DNA of 22,600 nt from Deltaproteobacteria bacterium TL4 (GTDB taxonomy: Bacteria > SAR324 > NAC60-12): positions 1 through 22,600 of the forward strand of contig JBBCAX010000414.1 in NCBI GenBank assembly GCA_051382335.1, given 5' to 3'. Made by a program: the position numbers and the translations under genes. Positions 1-9,747 of this stretch are shown one piece after another. A model generated the notes under the pieces. It was not told the origin of the DNA. It ran no database searches and worked only from the letters and a program-made list of their open reading frames with translations. Position 1 is the stretch's first letter. The number at the start of each line of letters is the position of its first letter.

Positions 1-2
1 AT

Positions 3-91
3 GTAGGGTGTGCTTTAGGGAAGCGAGCGCACCAGAAAGCTTGCTGTTCCCTTATTTTTGGTGCGCTCGCTTCGCTTAAGCGGCACCCTAC
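3..91. repeat. GTAG-type REP doublet (REPIN-like inverted repeat)
   Basis: Left arm GTAGGGTGTGCTTTAGGGAAGCGAGCGCACCA (3-34) and right arm TGGTGCGCTCGCTTCGCTTAAGCGGCACCCTAC (59-91) are imperfect reverse complements with GTAG...CTAC ends. A related single arm is at 17869-17901. Confidence 0.75.
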
Positions 92-152
92 TTATACTTA
101 ACTGCTATTCTCGGACAGCCACCTAGCCGAATTCTACAGTCCAGGGTCGGGC

Positions 153-268
153 CCAATACCCCTGAATGAAATGGATGAAACCTTTCACTGAGGAGTGCCA
201 AAGCTTGTTTTGGTACTCCTCGGTACATTTCACACAGCAATAAGCACTATTCATTTCCGGGGTATTGG
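153..268. repeat. Long imperfect palindrome (MITE-like) containing a GGAGTGCCAAAGCTTG hairpin
   Basis: CCAATACCCC (153-162) pairs with GGGGTATTGG (259-268). The inner hairpin GAGGAGTGCCAAAGC-TTG-TTTTGGTACTCCTC (190-221) has a core that recurs at 18850-18925. Confidence 0.55.
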
Positions 269-487
269 AGTAGCGACTGGCTATGTTCAGGCCGATTCCG
301 GCAGGAGTCCACCGGGACATAGCCCGCTTCCACTGGATATTCTTTTCCGGTGATTGCCTTATATTGTATTTAAGCTTGAATAAATCACAGATTCAAGGAA
401 TTGTGGAACTCTTTTTGCTATTATGAGAGGGATAACCTGATATTGTTTTTCATAATAGGGATCTGGCATTACCGTTAAGGAGGGTAC

Positions 488-1945
488 ATGTGGAATAAAT
501 TAAACATTGGTAATCGTTTGGCGTTTGGATTTGGGTTTATGATGGTTCTTTTTCTGCTGACGAATTTATTCGTCATCTCGCGAATGAACTACTTGGCGGA
601 ATTTACTGAAAATCTATATAATCACCCTCTTACCGTAAGTAACGCTGTTTTACGTATAGGGAGAGATATCACAAAGATGCATGATGCTATGGGAGATCTC
701 CTATTAGCCACTAATAAGAATGACCTCCAGATCGCCGTAGATTTAGTCAATAGTTTCGAAAAACAAGTGTATGCCGATTTTGACATCATTGAAGAACGGT
801 TTTTGGGGAAAAAAGAAATGTGGGAGCAGGCGAAAGAAATCTTCACCGCTTGGCGTCCCCTTCGGGAAAACGAGATTCAACTGATACAACAGGGAAAAAG
901 GGAAGAAGTCGCGGCAATTGTTAAAGGGAAGGCCTCGGAACATGTTCTGCTGCTGGAAAGCAAGGTCAATGCGCTGAACCAATTTGCACAGGACAAGGCC
1001 ACAGAGTTTATAAATAATGCGATGGCGACCACGGAAATCACGACTACTTGGGTTTTCATCATTGTTATTTGTTCTTTGGTCTTGTTTAGTGCAGTGGGTT
1101 ATCTGATTACCAAAAGTGTGACAGGACCTATTCGGAACGCCGTAAGTAACTTACAAAATGTAGGCACAGAGCTGGAAGCTGTCGCTCGTCAACAAGCGAC
1201 CACCGCGACAGAACAAACAACCTCCGTCAGTGAAGTTTCTTCCACAGCGCAGGAGCTGGTCGCGACCGCAAAACAAATCGCCTCAAATACTGAAAGAGTC
1301 TCGATTGCCGCACAAAAAACCTCGGAAAATGGACAGAATGGAAGCAGAGCAGTCAATGACGCGAAAGCAGGGATGGAAAAAACTAAAAAACAGGTGCAGT
1401 TGATTGCTCAGCATATGTCCGATTTGGGAAGTAAATCGCAACGTATCGGTGTCGTTTTAGAAATCATTAATGAGCTTTCTGAACAGACGAATTTACTGTC
1501 TTTGAACGCAACCATTGAAGCCGCAGGAGCAGGCGAAGCGGGACAGCGCTTTGCGGTAGTTGCGGACGAAGTTCGAAAATTGGCGGAGCGATCTTTTGAA
1601 TCCACGAAGGAAATAAAGGAGCTGATCACGGATATTCAGCAAACCGCAAACACAACCATCATGGTGACGGAAGATGGAACAAAAGCCGTTGATGAAGGCG
1701 TGAAACTCTTTAGTGAAGTGACAGGCAGCATCCAAAGCATCATGAATCAGGCCAATTCCACTTCCTCAGCATCCAAAGAAATTGAATTAACCACTCGTCA
1801 ACAAACGACTTCTGTAGAGCAAGTCTCTACCGCGTTAAACGACCTGAGTATTACGGCCAAACAAACTGAACAGAACGCGGGGCAAATTTTAGAGACGATA
1901 AAAATATTAGTAAACGCGTCTAATGACCTGGAACGAATGATTTGA
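488..1945 (+). CDS. Methyl-accepting chemotaxis protein with two TM helices and a four-helix-bundle-type extracytoplasmic sensor
   Basis: TM1 ([20 protein letters not shown]), TM2 ([20 protein letters not shown]), MCP hairpin tip [43 protein letters not shown], and RBS AAGGAGG just upstream of the ATG. Confidence 0.95.
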   Translation: MWNKLNIGNRLAFGFGFMMVLFLLTNLFVISRMNYLAEFTENLYNHPLTVSNAVLRIGRDITKMHDAMGDLLLATNKNDLQIAVDLVNSFEKQVYADFDIIEERFLGKKEMWEQAKEIFTAWRPLRENEIQLIQQGKREEVAAIVKGKASEHVLLLESKVNALNQFAQDKATEFINNAMATTEITTTWVFIIVICSLVLFSAVGYLITKSVTGPIRNAVSNLQNVGTELEAVARQQATTATEQTTSVSEVSSTAQELVATAKQIASNTERVSIAAQKTSENGQNGSRAVNDAKAGMEKTKKQVQLIAQHMSDLGSKSQRIGVVLEIINELSEQTNLLSLNATIEAAGAGEAGQRFAVVADEVRKLAERSFESTKEIKELITDIQQTANTTIMVTEDGTKAVDEGVKLFSEVTGSIQSIMNQANSTSSASKEIELTTRQQTTSVEQVSTALNDLSITAKQTEQNAGQILETIKILVNASNDLERMI

Positions 1946-2033
1946 TGAAAACGGGGTTCCACAATCCTTGATGAGATAAGGACTCACGGATTACACGGAT
2001 TTTATCTGGTTTGTCGTGCAGAAGAACCGTGAG

Positions 2034-3293
2034 CTATTTTTCGGTGATTTCTATACCAACCAAGGTCACATCGTCCGTATAAGAAAATTTGTTTGAAAAT
2101 TTCAAAGGAGTTTCGTAGGCCTGAATCAATAATTCATCAATTTTTAAATGGCGGTGTTTCAACAACAGCTCTTCAAGTTGAAGGCTGCCGTACATCTCAT
2201 CAGCCTCATTAGACGTTTCTATAATGGCATCTGTATATAGAAACAGTTTATCTCCGGGTTCCAGCTGAACAACCCTTTCCTGATAATTGGCATCCGCACT
2301 GCTAAGGACGCCCAACATGGTACCCTCCGTTTGCATCGGAATCACTTTTTCTTGATGAGCACGAAGTACATAACCGGGAGGATGTCCCGCGGTTGCATAC
2401 TGGAACAGGTGGGATTGGGTATCTAAAATACCATAAAAAGCGGTCACAAACTTATCCTCTTCAAGGCGATGATAAAAGATCTCATTGATCGCTTGAAGAA
2501 CATGATGCGCGGAGTTATAGGCGTATGCGGCGGCTTGAAACGAATCCACAAACATGAAGGAGATCAATGCCGCAGGAATCCCGTGTCCCGTCACATCGGC
2601 CAGCATGATTCCCAACTTGTGATCTGGAAACTCAATAAGATCATAAATATCTCCTCCGATTTGTTCCATAGGCTGATATTTAGTCGCAATCCGAATCCCC
2701 GGTATTTGAGGTAATTTCGAGGGCAACAAGGTTTGTTGGGTTATTCTCGCCTGCTCCATTTCATAATTCATTTGTTGATGGAGTGAAAGCAAGTGCGTGT
2801 TTAATTTTTCTAATTCCTGTTTTTGTTGATGGAGTTCCTGGGTCCGTTGTGCTACCCGTTGTTCCAGTTCCTGGTTTATTTGCAGGAGCTCTCTGGTTAA
2901 TTGTAAATTGTGAGATTGCAATCGGTAATGGCTCTCCGCTTTGGAAAGCAGCATCTCCAGTTCCTTGGGATCCCAGGGTTTGGCGATGTACCCGTAAATA
3001 TGCCCCTCATTTACCGCATCAACCAAACTTGTCATATCGGAGTACCCTGTAATCAAAATACTGACAATTTCTGTGTGCTCTTCGTGAATTTGTTTAAGAA
3101 ATTTATGCCCCTTCATCCCCGGCATGCGCTGATCACTGATGATCAGGTGGATTGGAGTGTTTTTTTCGAACAGCCGTAAGGCTTCTTCCGCGGATTTTTC
3201 GGTGTAAACGTTGTATTTCCGACGGAACAAAAATCGGAGAGAATTTAATATGGCTTCTTCGTCATCAATAATGAGCAGGTTCAAGCGATCCAT
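2034..3293 (-). CDS. Response regulator fused to a PP2C/SpoIIE-family Ser phosphatase (REC-coiled coil-PP2C, RsbU-like)
   Basis: REC motifs LIIDDE, IISDQRMPGM and YIAKPW; a Q/L-rich coiled coil; PP2C motifs IGGDIYD, ADVTGHGIPAAL, AGHPP, LYTDAIIE and DDVTLV. Confidence 0.93.
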   Translation of the reverse strand: MDRLNLLIIDDEEAILNSLRFLFRRKYNVYTEKSAEEALRLFEKNTPIHLIISDQRMPGMKGHKFLKQIHEEHTEIVSILITGYSDMTSLVDAVNEGHIYGYIAKPWDPKELEMLLSKAESHYRLQSHNLQLTRELLQINQELEQRVAQRTQELHQQKQELEKLNTHLLSLHQQMNYEMEQARITQQTLLPSKLPQIPGIRIATKYQPMEQIGGDIYDLIEFPDHKLGIMLADVTGHGIPAALISFMFVDSFQAAAYAYNSAHHVLQAINEIFYHRLEEDKFVTAFYGILDTQSHLFQYATAGHPPGYVLRAHQEKVIPMQTEGTMLGVLSSADANYQERVVQLEPGDKLFLYTDAIIETSNEADEMYGSLQLEELLLKHRHLKIDELLIQAYETPLKFSNKFSYTDDVTLVGIEITEK

Positions 3294-3432
3294 ATGTGAC
3301 TCTATTTGTGGTTACGAGGATGATGCATCTAAAGAAATCCTATCTAAAGGGAAAGTGTCATTTGTAGTGACCGTCCTATTTGAATTTCATCCTCAACAAC
3401 CAAAACTCGTAGGTCCGGGGTTGTGAGATCTG

Positions 3433-5073
3433 CTATTGGATTGGAAGTTTGATGGTGCATGTTGTTCCTTTTCCCAGTTCGCTGATATAAGTAATTTGGC
3501 CATGATGTTTTTCAATGATTCCATAAGAAATTGATAATCCCAAGCCTGTTCCCGCGCCTACCTCTTTGGTGGTATAAAACGGTTCAAAAACGTGGGAAAG
3601 CGTTTCTTGAGACATTCCCGTTCCATTATCGATGATTTGGATACAAATATTTTTCTCTTCCTGAAAAACACGAATGATCAACTTTCCTTGTTCCTCTATG
3701 GCCTGAATCGCATTGATAATCACATTCATAAAAACTTGGTTGAGTTGACTGGGGAAGCAAGTGATTTCTGGAACAGGTCCATATTCCTTGACCAATTCAA
3801 TACGATTTTTGATATGGTGGTAGAGTAAGTTTAACGTACTTTCCAGACCTTCAATGAGGTTGACTTGCTTTTGTTCAGCTTCATCCAGGCGGGAAAAATT
3901 TCTCAAATCCAGAACAATTTTACGGATGCGTTCCAAACCGTCATTGACGTCTTTATATAAGAGCGGGACCTGTTCTCTGAGGTATTCAAGTTCCAATTCT
4001 TGTTCTAAGCGGTCCAGGCCTTCTCGTGCTTTTTTCTCAAGATGTGGTTTTATTTCATGGTAGCCATCCAGAATTTTTTCGTAATCTTTCATGGTTTCCT
4101 GGCACAGGATAATATTATTAATCACAAAAGAAAGCGGATTATTAATTTCATGGGCGATTCCGGCGACGAGTTGTCCCAGCGCGACCATTTTTTCATTTTG
4201 CACCAGTTGAGATTGGGTATTTTTGAGCTTTTTATTGACTTCCTGCAGTTCCAAATTGGAGCGGGCTAAAATGTTCCTTTCCGCTTCCAACTGCATCTTT
4301 TTCATTCTAAAAATGGCATTGACCTTGGCGGTGAACTCTTTGGGGTTATAGGGTTTGAACAGGTAGTCATCAGCCCCGGCGTTCAAGCCGCGGATTTTAT
4401 CATCAATTTGTGTTTTTGAGGTAATAATGATGACAGGAATTTGTTGTGTCGCAGGATTTTTTTTGATGAGTTTGCACACTTCAATCCCGTCCATTTTAGG
4501 CATAATGACATCGAGAATCACGAGGTCTGGCAGGTGGCGGTTAACCGCTTCCAGGGCTTCCTGCCCGTCCTTGACAGGGATGGGTTTGTATCCGCTTTCG
4601 GACAAGAGTTCGCTCAATTCCATCCGGACCGTCAAGCTATCGTCAGCAATCAAGACAATGGATTTACTCGAAGTATTCGATCCTAGTTCTCCTTGTAAAT
4701 TTCGAAAACGCAGAAGCGTGTTTATTTTTGCGAGCAATTCTTCTTCATTGAACGGTTTGGTCAGGTAATCGTCCGCGCCGGAGTCCAGGCCATAAATTTT
4801 ATCGTCAGAAGTGTCTTTCGCAGTCAGCAGGATGACAGGAATAGTCCGTGTCTGCTCTTGTCCTTTGAGGCGTTTGCAGAGTTCAATCCCATCCATTTCC
4901 GGCATAATGACATCCAGGATGAGTAAATCCGGAAGTTCTTTTTCGATGGCCTGATAGGCGATTTTGCCGTTTTCAGCCACAACTACGTCATAATCGTTAT
5001 CTTCTAATAATTCCTTGATGGTCATGCGGTAACTAAGGCTGTCATCAGCAACCAGAATATTTAATTTAGACAT
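3433..5073 (-). CDS. Cytoplasmic hybrid histidine kinase with two N-terminal receiver domains (REC-REC-HisKA-HATPase)
   Basis: Two REC domains (LLILDVIMP...YLTKPF and LVILDVIMP...YLFKPY), H-box LVAGIAHEINNPL, N-box QVFMNVIINAIQA, and DNGTGM, FEPFYTTK, GTGLGL boxes. Confidence 0.95.
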   Translation of the reverse strand: MSKLNILVADDSLSYRMTIKELLEDNDYDVVVAENGKIAYQAIEKELPDLLILDVIMPEMDGIELCKRLKGQEQTRTIPVILLTAKDTSDDKIYGLDSGADDYLTKPFNEEELLAKINTLLRFRNLQGELGSNTSSKSIVLIADDSLTVRMELSELLSESGYKPIPVKDGQEALEAVNRHLPDLVILDVIMPKMDGIEVCKLIKKNPATQQIPVIIITSKTQIDDKIRGLNAGADDYLFKPYNPKEFTAKVNAIFRMKKMQLEAERNILARSNLELQEVNKKLKNTQSQLVQNEKMVALGQLVAGIAHEINNPLSFVINNIILCQETMKDYEKILDGYHEIKPHLEKKAREGLDRLEQELELEYLREQVPLLYKDVNDGLERIRKIVLDLRNFSRLDEAEQKQVNLIEGLESTLNLLYHHIKNRIELVKEYGPVPEITCFPSQLNQVFMNVIINAIQAIEEQGKLIIRVFQEEKNICIQIIDNGTGMSQETLSHVFEPFYTTKEVGAGTGLGLSISYGIIEKHHGQITYISELGKGTTCTIKLPIQ

Positions 5074-5112
5074 AAGACTCAGTTTGTTTTCATGGTTACA
5101 GCTTTGAAAGGT

Positions 5113-6147
5113 TCAGGAAGTCAGGCGTATCAATTCATTGGCAATTTCAACATCGGGTAAGACTATTTTGGCCGCGCCAAGTTCAATCGCTACTTTAGGC
5201 ATACCAAAAACGACAGAACTTTCTTCATTTTGCGCGATGGTGTACCCTCCTGCGTCAAAGATCGTTTTTAAACCGTTGGCTCCGTCTTTCCCCATTCCGG
5301 TTAAAAGCACTCCAATTATCTGACTTCCCAGTGCTTTAACCGCAGAGTCGAATAATATGTCTACAGAGGGGCAACAAAAATTGTGAAGAGGGCCGGGTGT
5401 GAGTTTTAAGCGACTTCCTTGCAAGGTCAAATGTTGATCTGCAGGCGCCAGAAATACATGCCCCGATTGGGTCCACAACTCACCCTCTTTCGCAAAACTG
5501 ACATGAAGGGCGCTGTTCATATCGAACCAGTCAGCTAATGACGTCGAAAAGGCTGAGCTGATATGCACAACACAAATGACAGGAACAGGAAAATTCTCGG
5601 GAAGGGCCTGAAAAATTTTCAATAACGAGAGAGGGCCTCCGGTAGAGGCGCCTATCACGATTGCCTGATAGGGAGGAACCGTTGCGGAGGGTATTTTTGC
5701 TGGGGTTGGAAGGGGCCATGAAGGATTATATTTTCCTTTCAAATGCCGGATTACAGGAATTTTGCTGACCAGCGTTAACTCTTCGATCAGAGACTTTTCC
5801 CATTGCCCTTCGGCTTCCATTCCTGTGGGTTTATCCAGAACACTAATCGCTCCCGAAGCCAAGGCATCATAGGTTTTTAGTAATTCCCCCCGATTGGTTG
5901 AGGCCGAAGTGATCAGGATTCGTGTGGGACAGTGAGCCATAATGTACTCGGTGGCTGAGACTCCTGTCATTTGAGGCATCAGCATATCCATGGTGATGAC
6001 ATCCGGACTCAACGCTTCGGCCAAATGGATCGCTTCTTTTCCATTGCAGGCCTCACCAACGACCTCAAACTCCGGATGCTCGTTCAAGATTTCAACGATT
6101 AATTTACGAATCGTGAGCGAATCATCAACAACTAAAACTCTGATCAT
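5113..6147 (-). CDS. cheB: Chemotaxis response regulator protein-glutamate methylesterase CheB
   Basis: N-terminal REC (VVDDS, ITMDMLMP) plus methylesterase motifs IGASTGGP, VVHI, PSVDILF, LLTGMGKDGA and VFGMP. Confidence 0.97.
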   Translation of the reverse strand: MIRVLVVDDSLTIRKLIVEILNEHPEFEVVGEACNGKEAIHLAEALSPDVITMDMLMPQMTGVSATEYIMAHCPTRILITSASTNRGELLKTYDALASGAISVLDKPTGMEAEGQWEKSLIEELTLVSKIPVIRHLKGKYNPSWPLPTPAKIPSATVPPYQAIVIGASTGGPLSLLKIFQALPENFPVPVICVVHISSAFSTSLADWFDMNSALHVSFAKEGELWTQSGHVFLAPADQHLTLQGSRLKLTPGPLHNFCCPSVDILFDSAVKALGSQIIGVLLTGMGKDGANGLKTIFDAGGYTIAQNEESSVVFGMPKVAIELGAAKIVLPDVEIANELIRLTS

Positions 6148-6157
6148 GAAAATATCC

Positions 6158-8506
6158 TTAAATTAAACTTTCAATAATTTCCAAAAGTACATTTTGGTCA
6201 AACTCGCCTTTGACAATATAGGCGTCCGCCCCTACTTCAATACCTTTACGTTTCATTTCAGAAGTCGCGAGAGACGAAACGATAATGACAGGGGTTTCCG
6301 AATATTTTTCATTTTGTTTGATCCGACTCGTTAATTCAAAACCATTGAGGCCTGGCATTTCGATATCGACAATAAACAATTGAAAGGGCGTCTGACTGAT
6401 TTTTTCCAAGGCGTCTTCTCCACTGATGGCCAGCTCCACGGTATAGCCTGCCGCTTCTAAAATTGTTTTTTCCAACATCCGGGTAGTGAGCGAGTCATCC
6501 ACAATGAGAATGGGAAGTCTCTCTTCTTTGGTTTGTTCATCCATAGTGCCCAGTTTGAATCCGGTATTTGCCGCGCCTTTGGCATTTTCTATAAGTTCTG
6601 CCGGGTCCAGAATGACGACGGGGTGTCCATCCCCCAAAATGGTAGCACCGGCAACGTTGGGAACTTTTTTGATATGATTGCCCAGATTTTTAACCACAAC
6701 CTCATGAACTCCCAAAAAACGATTGACGGCAAAGCCTACAATTTCCTCACGGGCGTGGACTAAAAGCACAGGAATTTTAGAAAAGTTCAACTCATCGTCA
6801 GGAAGTTTTAAAACCTGAGACATTTTAACCAGAGCGGTGGCTTTTCCGGAGACTTTAATGACTTCACGAGTGCCTTCCATTTCAATCTGACTGCGTTCAA
6901 TTCTCAGTATTTTTTTGAGGGCGGATAACGGGAGCAAAAAATTTTCAGTGTTACACCGGAACAAGAGACAGGGAAGGTTTGCCAGGCTTTGAGGGAGTTG
7001 AATGATGAAGCGCGTGAATTGGTGGAGTTCCGATTGAATGGTAACACTCCCTCTCAATTGATTGACCGTCGTTGAAACAACGTCCAAACCGACTCCTCGT
7101 CCCGAGAGTTCACTCACAATTTCCGCTGTTGTAAAACCAGGTCTCATGATCAAATAGAGGAGTTCTTTGGAACTCAGCTCACTGAGCTGTGATAGGGTCA
7201 GGATCTTTTTCCTTAATGCGGTTGCGGCAATTTTTTCAGGATCCAAGCCTCGACCATCATCCTCACAAATCATGGTAAGCGCATTCCCCTGATATTCTAT
7301 TTTCAGAGTGAGTTTTCCTGTGGCGGGCTTCCCTCGCTGCTCCCGTTCTTCAGGAGTTTCCAAGCCGTGATCTATGGCGTTCCGGACTAAATGAATGAGT
7401 GGACCTTTCATTTCGTCAAGGATGTGTTTATCCACCTCAATCTGCTCCCCTATGACCTGGAGCTCCACTTGCTTTCCAAGTTCTTTTGACAAATCTCGGA
7501 CTAAACGCTGAAAGCTCTGAAACAAAGCCTTGGCAGGTAACAAGCGGGCTTTATAAGTTTCTTTCTGTAAACTGGAACTCAGCAGATGCGTCAGTTTGAG
7601 ATCCGCTTCATATTGTTCCGCAAATTCATTTAAAAGTGTTTTGATTTGTTGTTGTGTTTGTAGGCCTTTGTCAAGTTTTGAAAGGACGTCTTTGAAGGCA
7701 CCCTGGTGTTTTGAAAGTTCTTGAATTTCAGGAATTTGTTTAAACTCTTTCCAAGTTTGGCTCAGGTTGGCATTGGCGTGTGCCAAGGTTTTCATAGCTT
7801 TGAGTTGATGTTTTTTGTTTTGTAATTTGATTTTATTAATCACCAATTCACTACTTAAGTTGAGAATCTTGTTGAGTTTGTCAATCGTGATGCGGATGGT
7901 TTCCTGATCCGGGGATGCTGCTGACGTCGTGAGTTTCTCCTGCGGGACAAGCTCAGGCGCAGCCTCAGGTAAGGGCGGTTGTTCAGGGATTAGCGTCATT
8001 ACAGGTATTGGCGGAGTCGGCGCGATAGGCTCAGAACTCGTGTCAGGAGCCTTGTGCTGTTCCTCTTCAGAGGGTTGAACTGATGACGGCAGCGGCCCCA
8101 CAGAGGCCTTTGGTGTGTCTGAGGCCAAAGGCATGTTGCCGCGTAAAAGTTCCACAATTGAGGTGACATCCATGTGGGGGTCTTCGGCATCGTTGATTCG
8201 CTTTAAAATAGCGGCAATGACATCCAACGCTTTTAAAAAAGTATCGATCTGGTTAACGCTTAGTGTAAGGTCATGATTTTTTGCCAAACCAAAAATATCT
8301 TCAATACAATGCGCGATTTCCCCGATATTGTTAAGTCGCACCAAACGGGCTGCCCCTTTGAGGGTATGAGCATGACGGAACAGCTGATTGAGCAATTCTC
8401 CATCCGTCGGTTTTTTTTCAAGTTCTAAAAACTGATTATTTAATTGTTCCAGGATTTCCTGTGCTTCAATTTTAAAATAACGGTAGGGGTCTTTAGTTGT
8501 GGTCAC
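6158..8506 (-). CDS. cheA: Hybrid CheA histidine kinase with C-terminal receiver domain (WspE/FrzE-like)
   Basis: Hpt LFRHAHTLKGAA; Pro-rich linker; HATPase motifs HLVRNAIDHG, DDGRG and SGRGVGLDVV; CheW-like domain (GATILGDG...ILD); C-terminal REC (IVDDS, IVDIEMP). GTG start with GGAGG RBS (8511-8515, minus strand). Confidence 0.96.
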   Translation of the reverse strand: MTTTKDPYRYFKIEAQEILEQLNNQFLELEKKPTDGELLNQLFRHAHTLKGAARLVRLNNIGEIAHCIEDIFGLAKNHDLTLSVNQIDTFLKALDVIAAILKRINDAEDPHMDVTSIVELLRGNMPLASDTPKASVGPLPSSVQPSEEEQHKAPDTSSEPIAPTPPIPVMTLIPEQPPLPEAAPELVPQEKLTTSAASPDQETIRITIDKLNKILNLSSELVINKIKLQNKKHQLKAMKTLAHANANLSQTWKEFKQIPEIQELSKHQGAFKDVLSKLDKGLQTQQQIKTLLNEFAEQYEADLKLTHLLSSSLQKETYKARLLPAKALFQSFQRLVRDLSKELGKQVELQVIGEQIEVDKHILDEMKGPLIHLVRNAIDHGLETPEEREQRGKPATGKLTLKIEYQGNALTMICEDDGRGLDPEKIAATALRKKILTLSQLSELSSKELLYLIMRPGFTTAEIVSELSGRGVGLDVVSTTVNQLRGSVTIQSELHQFTRFIIQLPQSLANLPCLLFRCNTENFLLPLSALKKILRIERSQIEMEGTREVIKVSGKATALVKMSQVLKLPDDELNFSKIPVLLVHAREEIVGFAVNRFLGVHEVVVKNLGNHIKKVPNVAGATILGDGHPVVILDPAELIENAKGAANTGFKLGTMDEQTKEERLPILIVDDSLTTRMLEKTILEAAGYTVELAISGEDALEKISQTPFQLFIVDIEMPGLNGFELTSRIKQNEKYSETPVIIVSSLATSEMKRKGIEVGADAYIVKGEFDQNVLLEIIESLI

Positions 8507-8521
8507 GCATCCTCCCAGAGA

Positions 8522-9055
8522 TCATTTGATTTGCATTTCAGGTGAATTCATTAAATTTTTCATGGCCAGTAATACGACTAATTTATCATGGGAATAAAAC
8601 ACGCCCTGAATGAATTCTGATTTAATGGTGTTTAAAGTACTCAGGGGGGGTTGAATTTCTTTTTCATCAAGGGCAAGGGTCCGTTCTATCGAATCGACCA
8701 GCATCCCGGTTTTAAAAGGGAGGTTTTTGGTGACAATGATTCGACGGTTTGCCGGATCACTGGCTTGTGCCCGCAGGTCAAAAAAATGATGGATGTCGGA
8801 AATGGAAATAAGTTCTCCATTTAAGTTCATGATTCCCAAAATAACAGGTGGGGTGCAAGGAACTTTGGAAATGTGGGTCACTTTTATGATTTCCTGGACA
8901 TAGCTCAAAGGGACGGCATAATGCTCGTTGGCCAAAGTGAAGATCAAGACCTGCGTTCGTTTGATCTTATTGGTTGCTGGTGGCAACGAAAAACTATGAT
9001 CAAAAGACTTTCTGAGATGATCCAGGGTTTCTTGAGTTAGTAAAACTTCAGTCAT
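8522..9055 (-). CDS. cheW: CheW adaptor protein
   Basis: CheW pattern IFTLANEHYAVPLSYVQEII...KVPCTPPVILGIMNLNGELISISD; lies directly upstream of cheA. Confidence 0.93.
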   Translation of the reverse strand: MTEVLLTQETLDHLRKSFDHSFSLPPATNKIKRTQVLIFTLANEHYAVPLSYVQEIIKVTHISKVPCTPPVILGIMNLNGELISISDIHHFFDLRAQASDPANRRIIVTKNLPFKTGMLVDSIERTLALDEKEIQPPLSTLNTIKSEFIQGVFYSHDKLVVLLAMKNLMNSPEMQIK

Positions 9056-9566
9056 TGGGTTCTTCCTCTGAAAGCATGAGTTTGGGGCAGCCTCTGGTGA
9101 GTATGACCTTTTTTATTTCTTCCGCATCAATAATTTTACGAGTGTCCAGGATAATAATGAGTTTTTCATGGGCTTTATATACGGTTTTGATGAACTGATT
9201 GAACAAAATATCGGGAGGTTCTTCCAAGTTTTCTGTTTCCAAATAAGAAAACCCTTGCAACTGATCCACCACAAACGCTAACGGAGAGCCTGCACCTTTG
9301 ACGGTGATCAGGCGGGTCCGTTGATCGACTGGCTGGGGTGGTAATTGAAACAGCAGTCTTAGATTAATGACAGGCGTTAATCTGCCTCTCAAATTAATCA
9401 GGCCCGCGAAAAAATCAGCGGTCTGAGCCACCGGTGTGATTTCCAAAAGCCGGGTAATGGCGACCAGGTCCAGAATATTAAAGGCAAAAAGATGCTTGTC
9501 TACTTCAAAGACCAACACATGCAGCTTTTGCGCGGATTTCGGGGTCAATAATTGTGAATTTCCCAT
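9048..9566 (-). CDS. cheW: CheW adaptor protein
   Basis: CheW pattern LVFEVDKHLFAF...GLINLRGRLTPVINLRLLF...AFVVDQL; overlaps the next cheW by 8 bp; AAGGGA RBS upstream. Confidence 0.92.
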   Translation of the reverse strand: MGNSQLLTPKSAQKLHVLVFEVDKHLFAFNILDLVAITRLLEITPVAQTADFFAGLINLRGRLTPVINLRLLFQLPPQPVDQRTRLITVKGAGSPLAFVVDQLQGFSYLETENLEEPPDILFNQFIKTVYKAHEKLIIILDTRKIIDAEEIKKVILTRGCPKLMLSEEEPND

Positions 9567-9747
9567 GTTCCCTTCAGTGAGCTAGTGGTTGAAACAATGC
9601 CATCCCAGTTTTGCAATTATCGTGCAGGCATGTCCAGTTATTTTAAAGACGGAGAATGTACAGTCTCTTATTGCTTGTTGTCATCGTGGAGATACGATAT
9701 ATCAAAAACAGGAGCAAAACGCTTATCATCACATGAAGGAGAACCAT

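Noticed and set aside
123..320. 65-aa minus-strand ORF
   Set aside because: It runs across palindromic repeats and has no recognisable motif.
9612..9627. Sigma-54-like promoter for the che operon (minus strand CTGCACGATAATTGCA)
   Set aside because: Spacing and the TTGC element fit, but the near-invariant GG at -24 reads TG, so it is not supportable without data.
9589..9747. N-terminal 53 aa of the 1866-aa track ORF
   Set aside because: TTG start without an RBS and no domain-like sequence. ATG 9748 has an AAGGAG RBS and begins the kinase-like fold.
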